64,000 nt of DNA from Macrostomum hystrix (Eukaryota > Animalia > Platyhelminthes): assembly GCA_950097015.1 (NCBI GenBank), contig CATNEN010000003.1, positions 14,632,001 to 14,696,000 of the forward strand. The letters are read 5' to 3'. The position numbers and the translations under genes were made by a program. Within the stretch, counting starts at the first letter, position 1; the number at the start of each line of letters is the position of its first letter. The notes below the pieces were generated by a model, which did not search any database, was not told the origin of the DNA, and saw nothing but the letters and a program-made list of their open reading frames with translations. Positions 12,745-25,721 of this stretch are shown piece by piece.

Positions 12745-14766
12745 TCACAGGTAAGCTGTAGAGTTTTTAACAGGTCGTTGCATTTTAGGATAGCCAGTTA
12801 GCGACTTTTCTTCCATTGCATAGCGTTGCTGCTGCTGAAATAGCTGCTGCTGCTGCTGCTGCTGCTGCTGGTAGTGAAGCTGCTGCATCGGATGCTGCTT
12901 AGTCAAACTGTTTGGCGAAGCGGCACCTCCTGCAGTCATTTGCTGATGCTGCAAGCTCTGATGACTGTGCTGTAGCTGCTGCTGTAGCTGTAGCTGCTGC
13001 TGCTGAGTCGGCGGCAGCGGCAGCGGCGGCATGGCCGACTCCACGCCGGACTGACAAGCGGCCTTCTGGTACTGACCGGCGGCTCGGCCTGGCAGAATGA
13101 AGCTGCGCCATGAATTCACAGTCTTGCAGCTCCAGATCCACAGGACAGTGGTCAGGCCGATCGCCAGAGAAGCGAACACTTTCACCAGGTAGGCAGCAAC
13201 GCTAGGCCTAAACGGACTGCCAGGCAGGTGCCACAGGTCGCGATTGGCGAATTCGTAAAAGTTAAAGCCGGTAACACATGCTGTCGGTACAATGTAGAGC
13301 GCCGAGAACAAGCCGATCTTTCCCATCAGCACGTCGAATTTGTTCGTCTTCTGGCCGTCCGATTTGACGTGTCTGCGAACGCGCGACATGGCGACAAAGC
13401 CAGCGACTAGAAAAACGGCCTCCAACAGTAGGAAGACGAGGTTGGGAACGATCACGAAGCCAAGCAGCATGTCTCCGCTCTGGTTGCCAACGTTGCACAT
13501 ACCGAACAGTTCGTCAGCCTCCACTCGGCGGAGAATTAGAACGGCAACTGTCAGTCCGACTGGCAGAATCCAAGCCGGCAGGTGAAAGTAGCACGACCGT
13601 TTGGCCACCGCCTCCGGGCTCCACTTCCAACCGGCCTGGAGTAGCCAGGTGAACACCAGTATCACATACCAGACATTGGCGGCAGTGCTAAAGAAGTACT
13701 GCAGCAGGAACACAACGGCGCAGTTGGTATTGTCCAGGCCCTGACGAATCAGCACCAGCTGGCCAGTCAGAGGATCTCGATCGCAGGACGCCGCCTCTCG
13801 GCCGGCGATGAGGCGAACGAAGTAGGAGATGCTGTAGCACAGGTAGCAGAGGGCCATGAACACCACTGGTCGGACTGGGTACTTGAATCTTGGCCGGTCG
13901 ATCAGGAAGGTCAAGATTGTCGCTAGCGAGCTGAAGGCGCACAGGCTGGCTAGAACGCCAATCCAGACGTCGGCAAGGCGTTTGTCGTCCGCCGTGAACA
14001 GATCTTGGCCGTCGCAGCGAAGCGCGCAATCTCCGGTGTGGTTGATGTAGGCGTACTGGCGATTGTTGCGCATGTGCGCGCAGTCCTGTTGAAATGACTT
14101 CAAACGAACAGCGGCTCGCCAGAGGCGCAGACGCTCGTTCCAGTCGACGTTGCTCTCGGATGAACTTTTCGTTGCGCCCGACTTGTCGCCCGGTCGGACA
14201 GAGGAGCCGCCGCTGCCGCCTGGACGATAGGGCGCACCACCGGAGCCTCGGATTCCGCCGTCCGCCCAGGACGATGACGTCGACGATGACGAGGAGTCGT
14301 CCAAGTCGCTCTCCGGACTGCCCTCCATGCACATGTCGTCGCCGCGTTGATTGCTGACAGGAAAATTGCTGCAGTTCAGGAAGCTGGGCCATTTGAAACC
14401 GAATTCTTCCAGCACAGGGAAGCATCGTCTGTGTACGCGTTCGCACAATGGCCTGCATGGCCCTATGGGCTTGGGCCACTTTGCGTCGCACATTGGAGTC
14501 AGCACGCTGCACAGGAAGAATTTCAGATTACGCGAGCATTGGTACTGAATTAGCGGAGTGAACGAGTTTAGCAGAAGCTCAGCGTCGCGTTGGTCATTGT
14601 GACCAGCTAGGTTGTGCGATTTGGTTGTCCGGTTGTAGCCGATGTTCTGGCAGACTTCGATTGAAATCGGCTCACACTTGTGCTGACTGAATTCCAAAGC
14701 ATTGCTGGTCAAAGTTGACAATGTGAGCCAGAGAAATATTAAACAGCAAATTTGCTTCTGGGACAT
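12745..14766 (-). CDS. FZD4: Frizzled-4-like Wnt receptor, intronless, 673 aa
   Basis: Signal peptide; CRD (CEPISIEVCQNIGYN, FTPLIQYQCS, FFLCSV, PIGPC, VLEEFGFKWP, MCMEG) typical of the Fzd4 subfamily; 7TM region with RFKYPVRP; KTxxxW motif (KTVNSW). Confidence 0.95.
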   Translation of the reverse strand: MSQKQICCLIFLWLTLSTLTSNALEFSQHKCEPISIEVCQNIGYNRTTKSHNLAGHNDQRDAELLLNSFTPLIQYQCSRNLKFFLCSVLTPMCDAKWPKPIGPCRPLCERVHRRCFPVLEEFGFKWPSFLNCSNFPVSNQRGDDMCMEGSPESDLDDSSSSSTSSSWADGGIRGSGGAPYRPGGSGGSSVRPGDKSGATKSSSESNVDWNERLRLWRAAVRLKSFQQDCAHMRNNRQYAYINHTGDCALRCDGQDLFTADDKRLADVWIGVLASLCAFSSLATILTFLIDRPRFKYPVRPVVFMALCYLCYSISYFVRLIAGREAASCDRDPLTGQLVLIRQGLDNTNCAVVFLLQYFFSTAANVWYVILVFTWLLQAGWKWSPEAVAKRSCYFHLPAWILPVGLTVAVLILRRVEADELFGMCNVGNQSGDMLLGFVIVPNLVFLLLEAVFLVAGFVAMSRVRRHVKSDGQKTNKFDVLMGKIGLFSALYIVPTACVTGFNFYEFANRDLWHLPGSPFRPSVAAYLVKVFASLAIGLTTVLWIWSCKTVNSWRSFILPGRAAGQYQKAACQSGVESAMPPLPLPPTQQQQLQLQQQLQHSHQSLQHQQMTAGGAASPNSLTKQHPMQQLHYQQQQQQQQQLFQQQQRYAMEEKSLTGYPKMQRPVKNSTAYL

Positions 14767-15865
14767 TGTTGCAGCAATCTGATAGATGGACGGTTGAAAG
14801 CTGTCTGTCTGTCTTCTGCAATTCTATCTTTATACTGTTAAGCAGCCAAACGGCCTACACTGGCTATTGAATGCTGTGTGGAGCTAGTCCAGCCAATGAG
14901 ATCAGTTAGCGAATAGGAATTGGAGGCTAACTAAATAGGAAGCTAGCAGCCAACCCCAGCGGAGGTTGGGTGGCCGCGTTTTGAAGGGCCCTGCCTGTCA
15001 GTCAGTCAGTCCGTCAAGTCTTTCTTGGACAATTGAAGTGCCATATATAACCGAGCGAATAAGAAGGCCAATTCTTTTGAAATAAAAAATGAGGCTTTGC
15101 CACCGAAGTTTTGCGGGGCACGCGCGCTTGTGAGCTTGCTTCTATTGCTTGGGCCTGCATGAGTGTGGTGTGGTGTGTGTGGCCTTCAGTAATGTTTGTC
15201 TTTAATTTATATTTCAAACCAAAAGCAAACAGCCTATACCTTCACTAGTTAGTCAAAGCAAACAAAGACGCGGCCGGTGGGCCCCCCATATATGACCGAT
15301 ACAACCAAATCAATGCTAAGCCGCGTTTGCTTTGCTTTTACTTCCCGAAATTATATAACGAGAAAAATGAGAATAGAGTTAGTTGAGCACAGAGACATAG
15401 AGAGTCCTAGGAAAACAAAATAGCAGTTTAATCCGGAGATGAATTGTTGAGCACATATGCCGGGTTTGAGGTTGAGTTTCAGTTCTATGAACTCAATCAC
15501 TCCCTGTCTCTCTCTACTCTCTTCTGTATTTGCTCTTCTCTCACAGTCCTAGGGTCTGAAGTGACATGTGAGCACACAATCTTCATGCTCCAATTTCCCC
15601 AGAAAAATCTAGATCTACGCCAATGAATTCTGTACACTGCATGATATAGGAGGTCCCTCGTTTGCAAACAAAAAGGTCACAAATCTATTTTCGTTGCATA
15701 AAACTGTCATTTCTAGACAAGGTCAAAAACAAGTTCAATATGCATGCAATTAAACACCGTATTGTATTGTATGCACAATGGTTCGGTAACCTTTTATGAC
15801 AATAATTCATGGGCCAAAGATAGAATCTAAAACTACAGCAGTGCGACCGAGTAATGTGGTTAGGT

Positions 15866-16140
15866 CAGACAGGGGAGAGATGAGACAGGGGAGAGATGAG
15901 ACAGGGGAGAGATGAGACAGGGGAGAGATGAGACAGGGGAGAGATGAGACAGGGGAGAGATGAGACAGGGGAGAGATGAGACAGGGGAGAGAAGAGACAG
16001 GGGAGAGATCAGACAGTAGAGAGATGTGACGATATTAGAGAGATGAGACAGTAGAGAGATGAGACAGTAGAGAAATGAGACAGTAGAGAGATGAGACAGT
16101 AGAGAGATGAGACAGTAGAGAGATGAGAGAGTACAGAGAT
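15866..16140 (-). repeat. 16-bp minisatellite family, reverse orientation
   Basis: (GGGAGAGATGAGACAG)n. Confidence 0.95.
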
Positions 16141-17349
16141 TAAAATGTTATCTAATGAGACAAAGAGTCCCATTTTATTTTACAATTGTGTAACCTACAG
16201 GTTTTAACAATAGAAACTCCATCCATGCATGCAAATTGCAAACAGCTGATCATAGCTAAAGGCGAAGCCATAAAATTGCCACATAATTGCGCAATTTAAG
16301 CTTAGAACACCTCCAATTATGGAGGCCCTTCAAGCTCTAGGAAATTCGACCAAATGACGCCTATTATATAGATTTGTGCATTTGTAAGGGTTGAACTAAG
16401 TATTCAGAATGTGACAGAGTTATCGTTGCGTCATTGTTCGTATGTAATCTCAAAGCCAAAAAAAATTTTTCGACATCAAAAGCGAAACAATAGACTGTAT
16501 AAGACATCTTATACCGTCGAATAAATAAAAGATTTTAGTTTAAAATTAATACGATTACGTCAACATGTACACTTGACTTCGCTGCGACTGCTTAGTCATT
16601 GCGATGACCACACGATACAGGCCTTCTTCAAATGACTAAATACGAAATATATATAGCTAATATATGGAGCCCTGGGGCATAGTTTCAATGGCACGTTTTC
16701 TGTAAAAAGCAGACATGTCGGACAGACAGACAGACACACACATTGTTCCGATCCAAAACTTCCTCGTCAAAAGTCAACATCTTCTAGGAGGAAGAGGGGA
16801 AAAAAACTAAAAAGCATCCGAGGGAAGAGAGAGGAGGAGAAGAGATGGTTTGGGTGAGATTTTCTAGTTTAGTCTGCTGGCTGCAAGGCCATTGTGCTGC
16901 TTCTAAATGCAGTCCCTATATATACAAGCATATATGTGCCGCAGTTAAACCCGAAGAAAGGACACGTCAAGGACCTCGTGATAGCAACCCCCGCTACTGA
17001 TCTCCCACAGTGCCACAGACAGATGTGCATGTCGAACAATTTCTTTTTGGTTACATGGCCTGGTCGCTAGGAGGGGGTTGAAAGGCCAGAATAAAAAGAA
17101 AAAATGTTCAAAATTTCACAGAAGAATAATCGCTTGGAATCCTTGATGAAAACTGGGTGGCTGGTTTCCAATTATTATATAGTGGGCTAATCATTCAGTG
17201 CTTCGAATACCGTCTTCCGTATCTCGAATAGGGGTTGCAAAACTGCTGCCAGCGGCCCAGATACGGCTGAGCTAAAAAAACACGGCCATCCGGCACAATA
17301 CTAACATCTGCATGCTTGTGTCTTGGCTGCACCCTCGTATTTATATCAC

Positions 17350-17750
17350 CCCTGTCTCATCTCTCCCCTGTCTCATCTCTCCCCTGTCTCATCTCTCCCG
17401 TGTCTCATCTCTCCCCTGTCTCATCTCTCCCGAGTCTCATCTCTCCCCTGTCTCATCTCTCCCGTGTCTCATCTATCCCCTGTCTCATCTCTCCCCTTAC
17501 TTATCGCTCCCCTGTTTCATCTCTCCCGTGTCTCATCTCTGTCCTGTCTCATCTCTCCCCTGTCTCATCGCTACCCTGACTTATCTCTCCCATGTCTCAT
17601 CTCTCCCGTGTCTCATCTGTCCCGTGTCTCATCTCTCCTCTGTCTCATCTCTTCCCTGTCTCATCTATCCCCTGTCTCATCTCTCCCCTTACTTATCGCT
17701 CCCGTGTCCCATCTCTTCCATGTCTTATCTCTCCCCGTATCTCATCTCTA
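17350..17750 (+). repeat. 16-bp minisatellite family
   Basis: (CTGTCTCATCTCTCCC)n. Confidence 0.95.
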
Positions 17751-18306
17751 TTCGAGTGACTCGCGAGTTAGGTGAGGTTGTTAACCCACATGAGGTTTCT
17801 CCATCTCAGACAAGAACCCTTCAGAACCGACCCCCCTGGGGGGGCATAAGAATTTGACAGGCAGGCAAGGACTACCAGATCAGGTTTTCAAGTGGAGGAA
17901 GACAATGGAGATTCGTGCAGGATGTATATATAGAACATATACAGTGTGGGACATGCTTGCAAAACGAGATAACTTTTTGTCCGATCGGTTTAATCTTTTA
18001 CTCATAGAATACATTGTAGGGAAGAATTCGAAAACACAATAGGTTCATTGTACCATGCTACGAGTAGAATATTTCTGTTGGACAACTTAAATGAAATATG
18101 TTAGTTTATTGATGTATAATGGGCTCTAAATACTTCAAAAAATTATTTGAACCCAATTAGCAACAATCTGTCAATCAATCATAAAATTAGATTTTTAAAA
18201 AAGTTTCAACCCCTATAATAGTATCTCAGACTTTAACAGGTGTTCTACAATAATGTATAGAGGTTTTCCTTTCACAAAATACGTTTTATTAAAAGTTTAT
18301 ATTTAG

Positions 18307-19350
18307 ATAGTTTCGTCTACAACAAAGACAGTTTTGTCTACAACAAAGACAGTTTCATGTACCTCAAAGACAGTTTTGTCCACCTCAAAGACAGTTTCAT
18401 GTACCTCAAAGACAGTTTTGTCTACCTCAAAGACAGTTTTGTCCACCTCAAAGACAGGCTTGTCTACCTCAAATACAGGTTTGTCTACCTCAAAGACAGT
18501 TTTGTCTACCTCAAATGCAGGTTTGTCTTCCTCAAAGACAGTTTTGTCTACCTCAAATACAGGTTTGTCTACCTCATAGACAGTTTTGTCTACCTCAAAG
18601 ACAGTTTTGTCTACCTCATAGACAGTTTTGTCTACCTCATAGACAGTTTTGTCTACCTCAAAGACAGTTTTGTCTACCTCAAAGACAGTTTTGTCTACCT
18701 CAAAGACAGGCTTGTCTACCTCAAAAACAGTTTTGTCTACCTCAAAGACAGGCTTGTCAACCTCAAAGACAGGCTTGTCTACCTCAAAGACAGTTTTGTC
18801 TACCTCGTAGACAGTTTTGTCTACCTCAAAAACAGTTTTGTCTACCTCAAAGACAGTTTTGTCTACCTCAAAGACAGGCTTGTCTACCTCATAGACAGTT
18901 TTGTCTACCTCAAAGACACTTTTGTCCACCTCAAGGACAGGCTTGTCTACCTCAAATACAGGTTTGTCTTCCTCAAAGACAGTTTTGTCTACCTCAAATA
19001 CAGGTTTGTCTACCTCATAGACAGTTTTGTCTACCTCAAAGACAGTTTTGTCTACCTCATAGACAGTTTTGTCTACCTCAAAGACAGTTTTGTCTACCTC
19101 AAAGACAGTTTTGTCTACCTCAAAGACAGGCTTGTCTACCTCAAAAACAGTTTTGTCTACCTCAAAGACAGTTTTGTCAACCTCAAAGACAGGCTTGTCT
19201 ACCTCAAAGACAGTTTTGTCTTCCTCAAAGACAGGCTTGTCTACCTCAAAGACAGGCTTGTCTACCTCAAAGACAGTTTTGTCTACCTCGTAGACAGTTT
19301 TGTCTTCCTCAAAGACAGTTTTGTCTACCTCAAAGACAGTTTTGTCTGTC
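18307..19350. repeat. 21-bp minisatellite (TTTTGTCTACCTCAAAGACAG)n
   Basis: Tandem units read directly. Confidence 0.95.
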
Positions 19351-20104
19351 TTTTGAAAGGCAGGCCTAGTTGCAATCTCGGAAACAAAGACGGGGGTGTT
19401 TGAAATCTTGAAATTTTAAATTTTAACACAAGTGACGATGCATCGATGCATTTAAGCCTTAGTGATACTGTCACCAATATGAGTGCCAGGCTTCGAAAGA
19501 TTAAACTAAATGATAGCAATTAGCGAACACCTGTTCGGGCTTAATACAAGACCTGTTAGTTACTATCTGTCAGTTAAACCTGTCTTTTTAACTATAGATT
19601 TAGCATAGCAACACGTTTCTTTCACCATTTAGTGGCTTAAAGGATTGGGTTGAAGATTCTGTGACATCGGCTGTGTATGTTCAATTAGATTACATAATAT
19701 CTACGAGTTTAGAAAGTGATTGGGATTTTACAGAAATAAATTATACACCTAAACTATGAAAAGATCTCGAACTTGGGACCTCTCTTTAGCATCAATGAAT
19801 ATAACGAAGCATATAGGGTGTAATGCAAAGATATTAGAAGCCGATTTAGCTGAACTGAAAAACTCACTCAATTTTGAATAGGAGATCTAATAGACAAAAA
19901 AGACAATTGAGAAGAAGATGACAATCACTGTCATACCAGCATGAAGGCACTAAAAAAGAGTGTGTAGATAAAAAATTATTAACAACAAAGGATGGATCCT
20001 GCATTGATATTGGGAAACGGCATGTTACAGTCAAAGCAAGGACTTCTAAAAATAGCATGCGAGATTCACGGGTCCTCGATTCAAAGCCCCTTTATCTGGT
20101 CCTG

Positions 20105-20460
20105 ATCTCTCTCCCCTATTTATCCAGTGTCTCATCTCTCATCTCTCACCTGTCTCATCTCTCCCTGTCTCATCTCTCACCTGTCTCATCACTACCCTGT
20201 CTCATCTCTCCCCAGTTTCATCTCTTCCCTGTCTCATCTCTCCCGTGTCTCTTCTCCTCCATGTCTCATCTCTCCCCCTGTCTCATCTCTCTCGTGTCTC
20301 ATCTCTCCCCAGTTTCATCTCTCCCGTGTCTCATCACTCCTCTGTCTCATCTCTCCCGGTCTCATCTCTCTTTGTCTCATCTCACCCCTGTCTTACCTCT
20401 CCCCTGTATAACCTCTCCCCAGTGTCATCTCTCTTCTTGTGTCTCTGTCTAATCTCTTTA
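20105..20460 (+). repeat. 16-bp minisatellite family, degenerate
   Basis: (CTGTCTCATCTCTCCC)n variants. Confidence 0.9.
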
Positions 20461-20973
20461 GCTTATCTTTTCGGTCCTGTTGTTTTCTCTCAGATTCTAT
20501 CTTTGGTTTGCAAAGCATAAAATGTTTCTGTTACATATATGCGGCAGTTTTCTAAATGATTTCTATTTGGATTTTAAAAGCAAAACCCAGCACGTAGTAG
20601 TGTGTTTGCTCTTTCAAATTTGATCTAGATGATTGATCACGTGTTGATGGATCACAGTTTTAGGAATAAAAAATCGTTATGGGGAGTGTTAAATTTAAAC
20701 AAAAATTAATCTAGATTCATAGTTGGGTGCTATACTGTTGAATTAACTTTAGGCAGTTTTGTAGCGGAGGTTAAACAAGAAAATTACACTGATCCTATCC
20801 CACGGTTCTACGCCTATCAGGGATGTGGTCGGCTGGATTTGACGGCTGATTTATTATGATGATTTATTACCTGAAGATTTACCTATAGGGGTGAATCTAT
20901 ACCTTATACGTGTGGGTTACAGAACAGAACTGTCAACACACATGGCCTATAAAATAAAAACGCCTTTACAAGA

Positions 20974-22175
20974 CTCATCTCTTCCTTGTCTCATCTCTCC
21001 CCTGTCTCATCTCTCCACTGTCTCATCTCTCCCCTGTCTCATCTCTCCCCTGTCTCATATCTTCCGTGTCTCATCTCTCCCCTGTCTCATATCTCCCCTG
21101 TCTCATCTCTCCCCTGTCTCATCTCTCCCCTGTCTCATCTCTCCCCTGTCTCATCTCTCCCCTGTCTCATCTCTTCTCTGTCTCATCTCTCCCCTGTCTC
21201 ATCTCTCCCCTGTCTTATATCTCCCCTGTCTCATCTCTCCCGGTCTCATCTCTCCCCTGTCTCATCTCCCCCCTGTCTCATCTCTCCCGGTCTCATCTCT
21301 CCCATGACTAATCTCTCCCATGTCTCATCTCTCCCCTGTCTCATCTCTCCCCTGTCTCATATCTCCCCTGTCTCATCTCTCCCCTGTCTCATCTTTTCTC
21401 TGTCTCATCTCTCCCCTGTCTCATCTCTCCCCTGTCTCATCTCTCCCCTGTCTCATCTCTTCTCTGTCTCATCTCTCCCCTGTCTCATCTCTCCCCTGTC
21501 TTATATCTTCCCTGTCTCATCTCTCCCATGACTAATCTCTCCCCTGTCTCATCTCTTCCCTGTCTCATCTCTCCCCTGTCTCATATCTCCCCTGTCTCAT
21601 CTCTCCCCTGTCTCATCTTTTCTCTGTCTCATCTCTCCCCTGTCTCATCTCTTCCCTGTCTCATCTCTCCCCTGTCTCATCTCTCCCCTGTCTCATCTCT
21701 TCTCTGTCTCATCTCTCCCCTGTCTCATCTCTCCCCTGTCTTATATCTTCCCTGTCTCATCTCTCCCATGACTAATCTCTCCCCTGTCTCATCTCTCCCG
21801 GTCTCATCTCTTCCCTGTCTCATCTCTTCCCTGTCTAATCTTTTCCCTGTCTCATCTCTCCCGTGTCTCATCTCTCCCGTGTCTCATCTCTCCCCTGTCT
21901 CATCTCTCCCCTGTCTCATCTCTCCCGGTCTCATCTCTCCCATGACTAATCTCCCCCCTGTCTCATCTCTCCCGGTCTCATCTCTCCCATGACTAATCTC
22001 TCCCCTGTCTCATCTCTCCCGGTCTCATCTCTCCCATGACTAATCTCCCCCCTGTCTCATCTCTCCCGGTCTCATCTCTCCCATGACTAATCTCCCCCCT
22101 GTCTCATCTCTCCTGGTCTCATCTCTCCCATGACTAATTTCCACCCTGTCTCATCTCTCCCGGTCTCATCTCTCT
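20974..22175 (+). repeat. 16-bp minisatellite family
   Basis: (CTGTCTCATCTCTCCC)n. Confidence 0.95.
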
Positions 22176-23299
22176 TCTCTTCTTCTCTTCTCTCTTTCAA
22201 CTAAGACGCCTTAGAAGACTTGAGATACAAAACAGTTTTTCAAAGAGCAAGCAGTCAAATTTTCTAAATGACTTCATTTGTATTTGTTAAACAAATTGAA
22301 AAGCCATTTTCCCAAGATTATCGGACGAAGAATCTGTCACATGTCAACCTTTTTAAACGAAATTGACAGGGCCTTTTAGAAAACTGGAAATTCACGTTTA
22401 GATAGAAAAAATCAATGCCTTCTGAAATTCAAGAAGCAACCAAAAGTCGGGACGAAAATTCACGCGAAAATCCATTGCGACTCTGTTGAGAGCAGGGAAA
22501 AATCTAAGACTGGACCATCTGCTACCGTCGCTCTAGTTTTTGACGTATATAACGAATCGAAAGTCTTAGTTTTAGCCCTAAAAATGAATGGGTCTTTGTT
22601 CCAGACCAACGTAATAAGTCGAATATCTCCGCCTAAATGAAAGAATGGCTGATTAGAAAATTTCTGTGGGATTTTAGAGAATGGGCTTCGGGAAGGGAGG
22701 CGAAAAATGAATTCGAGACAGGAGGCTGCAGGGACAGATGACGAGGCCAGAAGGCCCTCCGTCTGACGTTTCTGGGAACGGAAAATACAGCCAGAGATTG
22801 GGGGGACTCGATATTATGAGGATTGAGGTGCAGCGGCCCATCTTCTTCCCAATCCCCCTTTCGCGCCGCGAGGTGGGGATCAGGGGTGGTTGGGTGGGTG
22901 GGGGGTAAGCGAGGCTCGAGTTTGGGATTTCGGCCGACGAGTCAGTCGAGGCGACTGGCCGAAGCAGCTGTTTATGCAAATCCCAAACACGGGGAAGGGT
23001 GGATGGGTGGGTCGATTCCTTTCTTCTCAGCTCTCCCAATGGACCAACATATCACGAAGCTGGAAAACTCCCCAGCAGCCCTCAAAAACCAAATCCCACG
23101 GGGTGCAGCCAGCAACAGTCCTTTGTTCCGTCGTCTCCCAGCGTTTTTTTTTTTGAAATTTCTGCAAAAACTCCCCAAAAATGAAATCAGGCCCGAAATC
23201 CCTGCCCCAGAAATCTGAGAAAATTATCATTTTCTTCTCTCTGCCAGGGAAAATTCCTTGCCGATGATAAAAGAGATGACGAATGCAGACCAATGGACA

Positions 23300-23390
23300 C
23301 GGCTAAAGCGTTTGTCTCTCGCACCGAGCTTCCCGAGTTCTGCTCTGGGGCGAGGCTAAATTCAGCTTTTTCTGTACATATCGGCTCATA
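23300..23390 (+). mobile_element. tRNA-derived SINE family 2 fragment
   Basis: GGCTAAAGCGTTTGTCTCTCGCACCGAG...GGGCGAGGCTAAATTCAG...TACATATCGG; homologous to 23536-23641 and 27164-27292. Confidence 0.7.
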
Positions 23391-23535
23391 GTACAATTCG
23401 CGATAATGCAATGCATTCCTCATGATACGAACAGCCAGTGGGGTACAGCCGCAGATAATATTTCGCTGGCTATTCCAAAGCCTGTGAACAACTTTTAGTC
23501 GATGGACTGGGGACTCAAGAACTATCCGTCAGGTA

Positions 23536-23641
23536 TCTAAGAAATCGTTATCTAAAACTTCTTGGGGGCTGTCTCTTGTACCGAGGTTTCCGAGTTCGAA
23601 TCCAGGGCGAGGCTAAATTCAACCTTTTCAATACATATCGG
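23536..23641 (+). mobile_element. tRNA-derived SINE family 2 fragment
   Basis: B box GAGTTCGAATCC followed by GGGCGAGGCTAAATTCAACCTTTTCAATACATATCGG. Confidence 0.7.
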
Positions 23642-25451
23642 GTAATGCAATTTAATTAAAAAAGAGGTAACTTAACGACCAAATCGAAATCGTTTTCATT
23701 TAAAGTAAGCTGTGTACAGCTGTTCAGTCCGTGGACTGTGGATTCGACAAGAACCTCTCCGACAGAAATCTACATCCGACAGGAATCCTTATAATATAAT
23801 CCAATAATATAATCCATTTCAGCATCTAGTTAATTGGTTAATAAATAGTTGAATTATAAGTTTACCATTTTGCTTGATAATCTTAAAATTTAGTACATCA
23901 AAAATGCATTTGCGTCACTATAAGTGACCTTTCAACAAAACTAATGCCTAAAACGCATTAGGGGGACATCTAAGCTTATGGGGCCAGATTTTGGTATAAA
24001 CAAATCGAAACACAGCGGATTCTAATATATATCATGCGGCAGATGGACAAGTGGTAAAGTGGGAGATCTAAAGACATGAACAATGGTACGCTAATATAAT
24101 TATATATTGTTTATCCGTCATTCATTCACTGAAGTCAGTTTGGCGACCCTAACTAGCTGACAATATTGAATTTCTTGATAAACCATTTACCTAATAATTT
24201 ACTGGTACAAGAATATATTAAGGCTTATATCTATCGCCAAACGGACACAAAAATCCTGCATAAACTGTTGGCTTTTAGTGATGGGATAAGAAAGGCTGGG
24301 CGAATAAACACAGATAATCATCTTCAATGTTGAGGTGGGCGGGTTCGATCCCTGGTAGAAAATATTTCAAGGGGCTGCATGGATTAAAACAAATCAAAGC
24401 CCATTGAACACGGGTTAGATGAATAGAGCCAAACATAGCCATTACCCCCTACTGGTCGGCCAAGTGCTGATAAAGCCAGGATAAACAACAACGCATCAAT
24501 AGACTTATACTAGATAGAAAAGGAAAGTAAAAAAATGGGACGCCTGAAACGCGCGCCTGTCTTATAACTGGTCACGATAACTGGTCACAACAATCTTTTC
24601 ATCTGTAATGATGATAATCAGCATCACGATTATAATATTCCTACAATAGGCTGCAGTTTTCTAATTAAAAGCAAACACACAGAGAAGTGTGTCTCCAGAC
24701 AGAACCGGGCAAGATGGTTCGTGATAGATAAGGGATGTCTGGTTTAACTTTCATTGGAGGTCCCAAAAATTCTTCAATAAGAGAAAAATAAACAGTTTTT
24801 TAATCATGTTTCTAGCGAATAATGCAAAGTAATATTGACATTGGTTATTTTTTTTGAAGAACACAGATTGCAAAAGACATTGATTTTAAAGATAAAAACA
24901 TTCTTTTATGCGGCGAATGACCAATATCGATGAGATTTCTAAGAAATTATAATTTCTATCATATGTTTCTAGGAAACACAGACACCAATCAACGCTAACT
25001 TAAAAAACCGGTTTCTAGGAAACATCCAACTGTCAAAACAATTTTCTCGGAAAACTAACTTAAAAATCGGTTTCTAGGAAACACCTGCTTGTTTTTCATT
25101 CAATCGGTTTCTAGAAATTACTTGAAACAGTCAAAGGTGACACAGATTAAACGCGAAGTAACACTGTTTTACTGAAAAAATAGATAAGACAAAGAAAAGA
25201 ACAAAGCCATAAATTTTCTTATTTCGATTTGTGAACAAACAAATTGATCAATCTGAGAATGATATCTGATTGATGCGTTTGTGAGCTAAAAACTGTGGCA
25301 AAATTGATAAAAGAGAACAAGAGCATATGATAGAGTGGTAGATATTTAACATTGAATAATTAATTCGAGTTTAACGCACAGAAATACTAGACGCCAGAAA
25401 AAAATGAGAATGAAGGAAACAGGGTGAAGGAGAGAAGTACGGTGGGAGATT

Positions 25452-25555
25452 AGAGAGAGAGGGAGAGAGGGAGAGGGAGGGAGATAGTGAGAGAGGGAGA
25501 GAGGGAGAGAGGGAGAGAGGGAGAGAGGGAGAGAGAGCGGGAGAGAGGAGAGAGG
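25452..25555. repeat. GA-rich polypurine microsatellite
   Basis: (GAGAGAGG)n-like tract. Confidence 0.9.
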
Positions 25556-25611
25556 ACACTGCCCATTGAATTTCAAAAATCTAATGTTGGAATCGATTCC
25601 GATATGTATCG

Positions 25612-25721
25612 AAAAAATTGAAATCAGGATTCGAACCAAGGCAACTCCAGACGCGTTTCGCTCTTTCTGGAGCTCATCAGTAAAGTCTAGCCTAGCGCTT
25701 TAGCCATTAGGCTATTGGCGC
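25612..25721 (-). ncRNA. Pol III-type tRNA-like unit containing a type I hammerhead ribozyme
   Basis: A box TAGCCTAATGG (25714-25704); GACTTTA-CTGATGA-GCTC(CAGAAA)GAGC-GAAAC-GC-GTC-TGGAGTT (25687-25643); B box GGTTCGAATCC (25637-25627); T6 terminator (25617-25612). Confidence 0.85.

Noticed and set aside
13688-14553. Alternative-frame and antisense ORFs overlapping Frizzled
   Set aside because: Expected by-products of a GC-rich coding sequence
22674-23423. Cluster of overlapping ORFs in a GC-rich island
   Set aside because: No recognisable protein; more likely regulatory DNA plus SINE fragments
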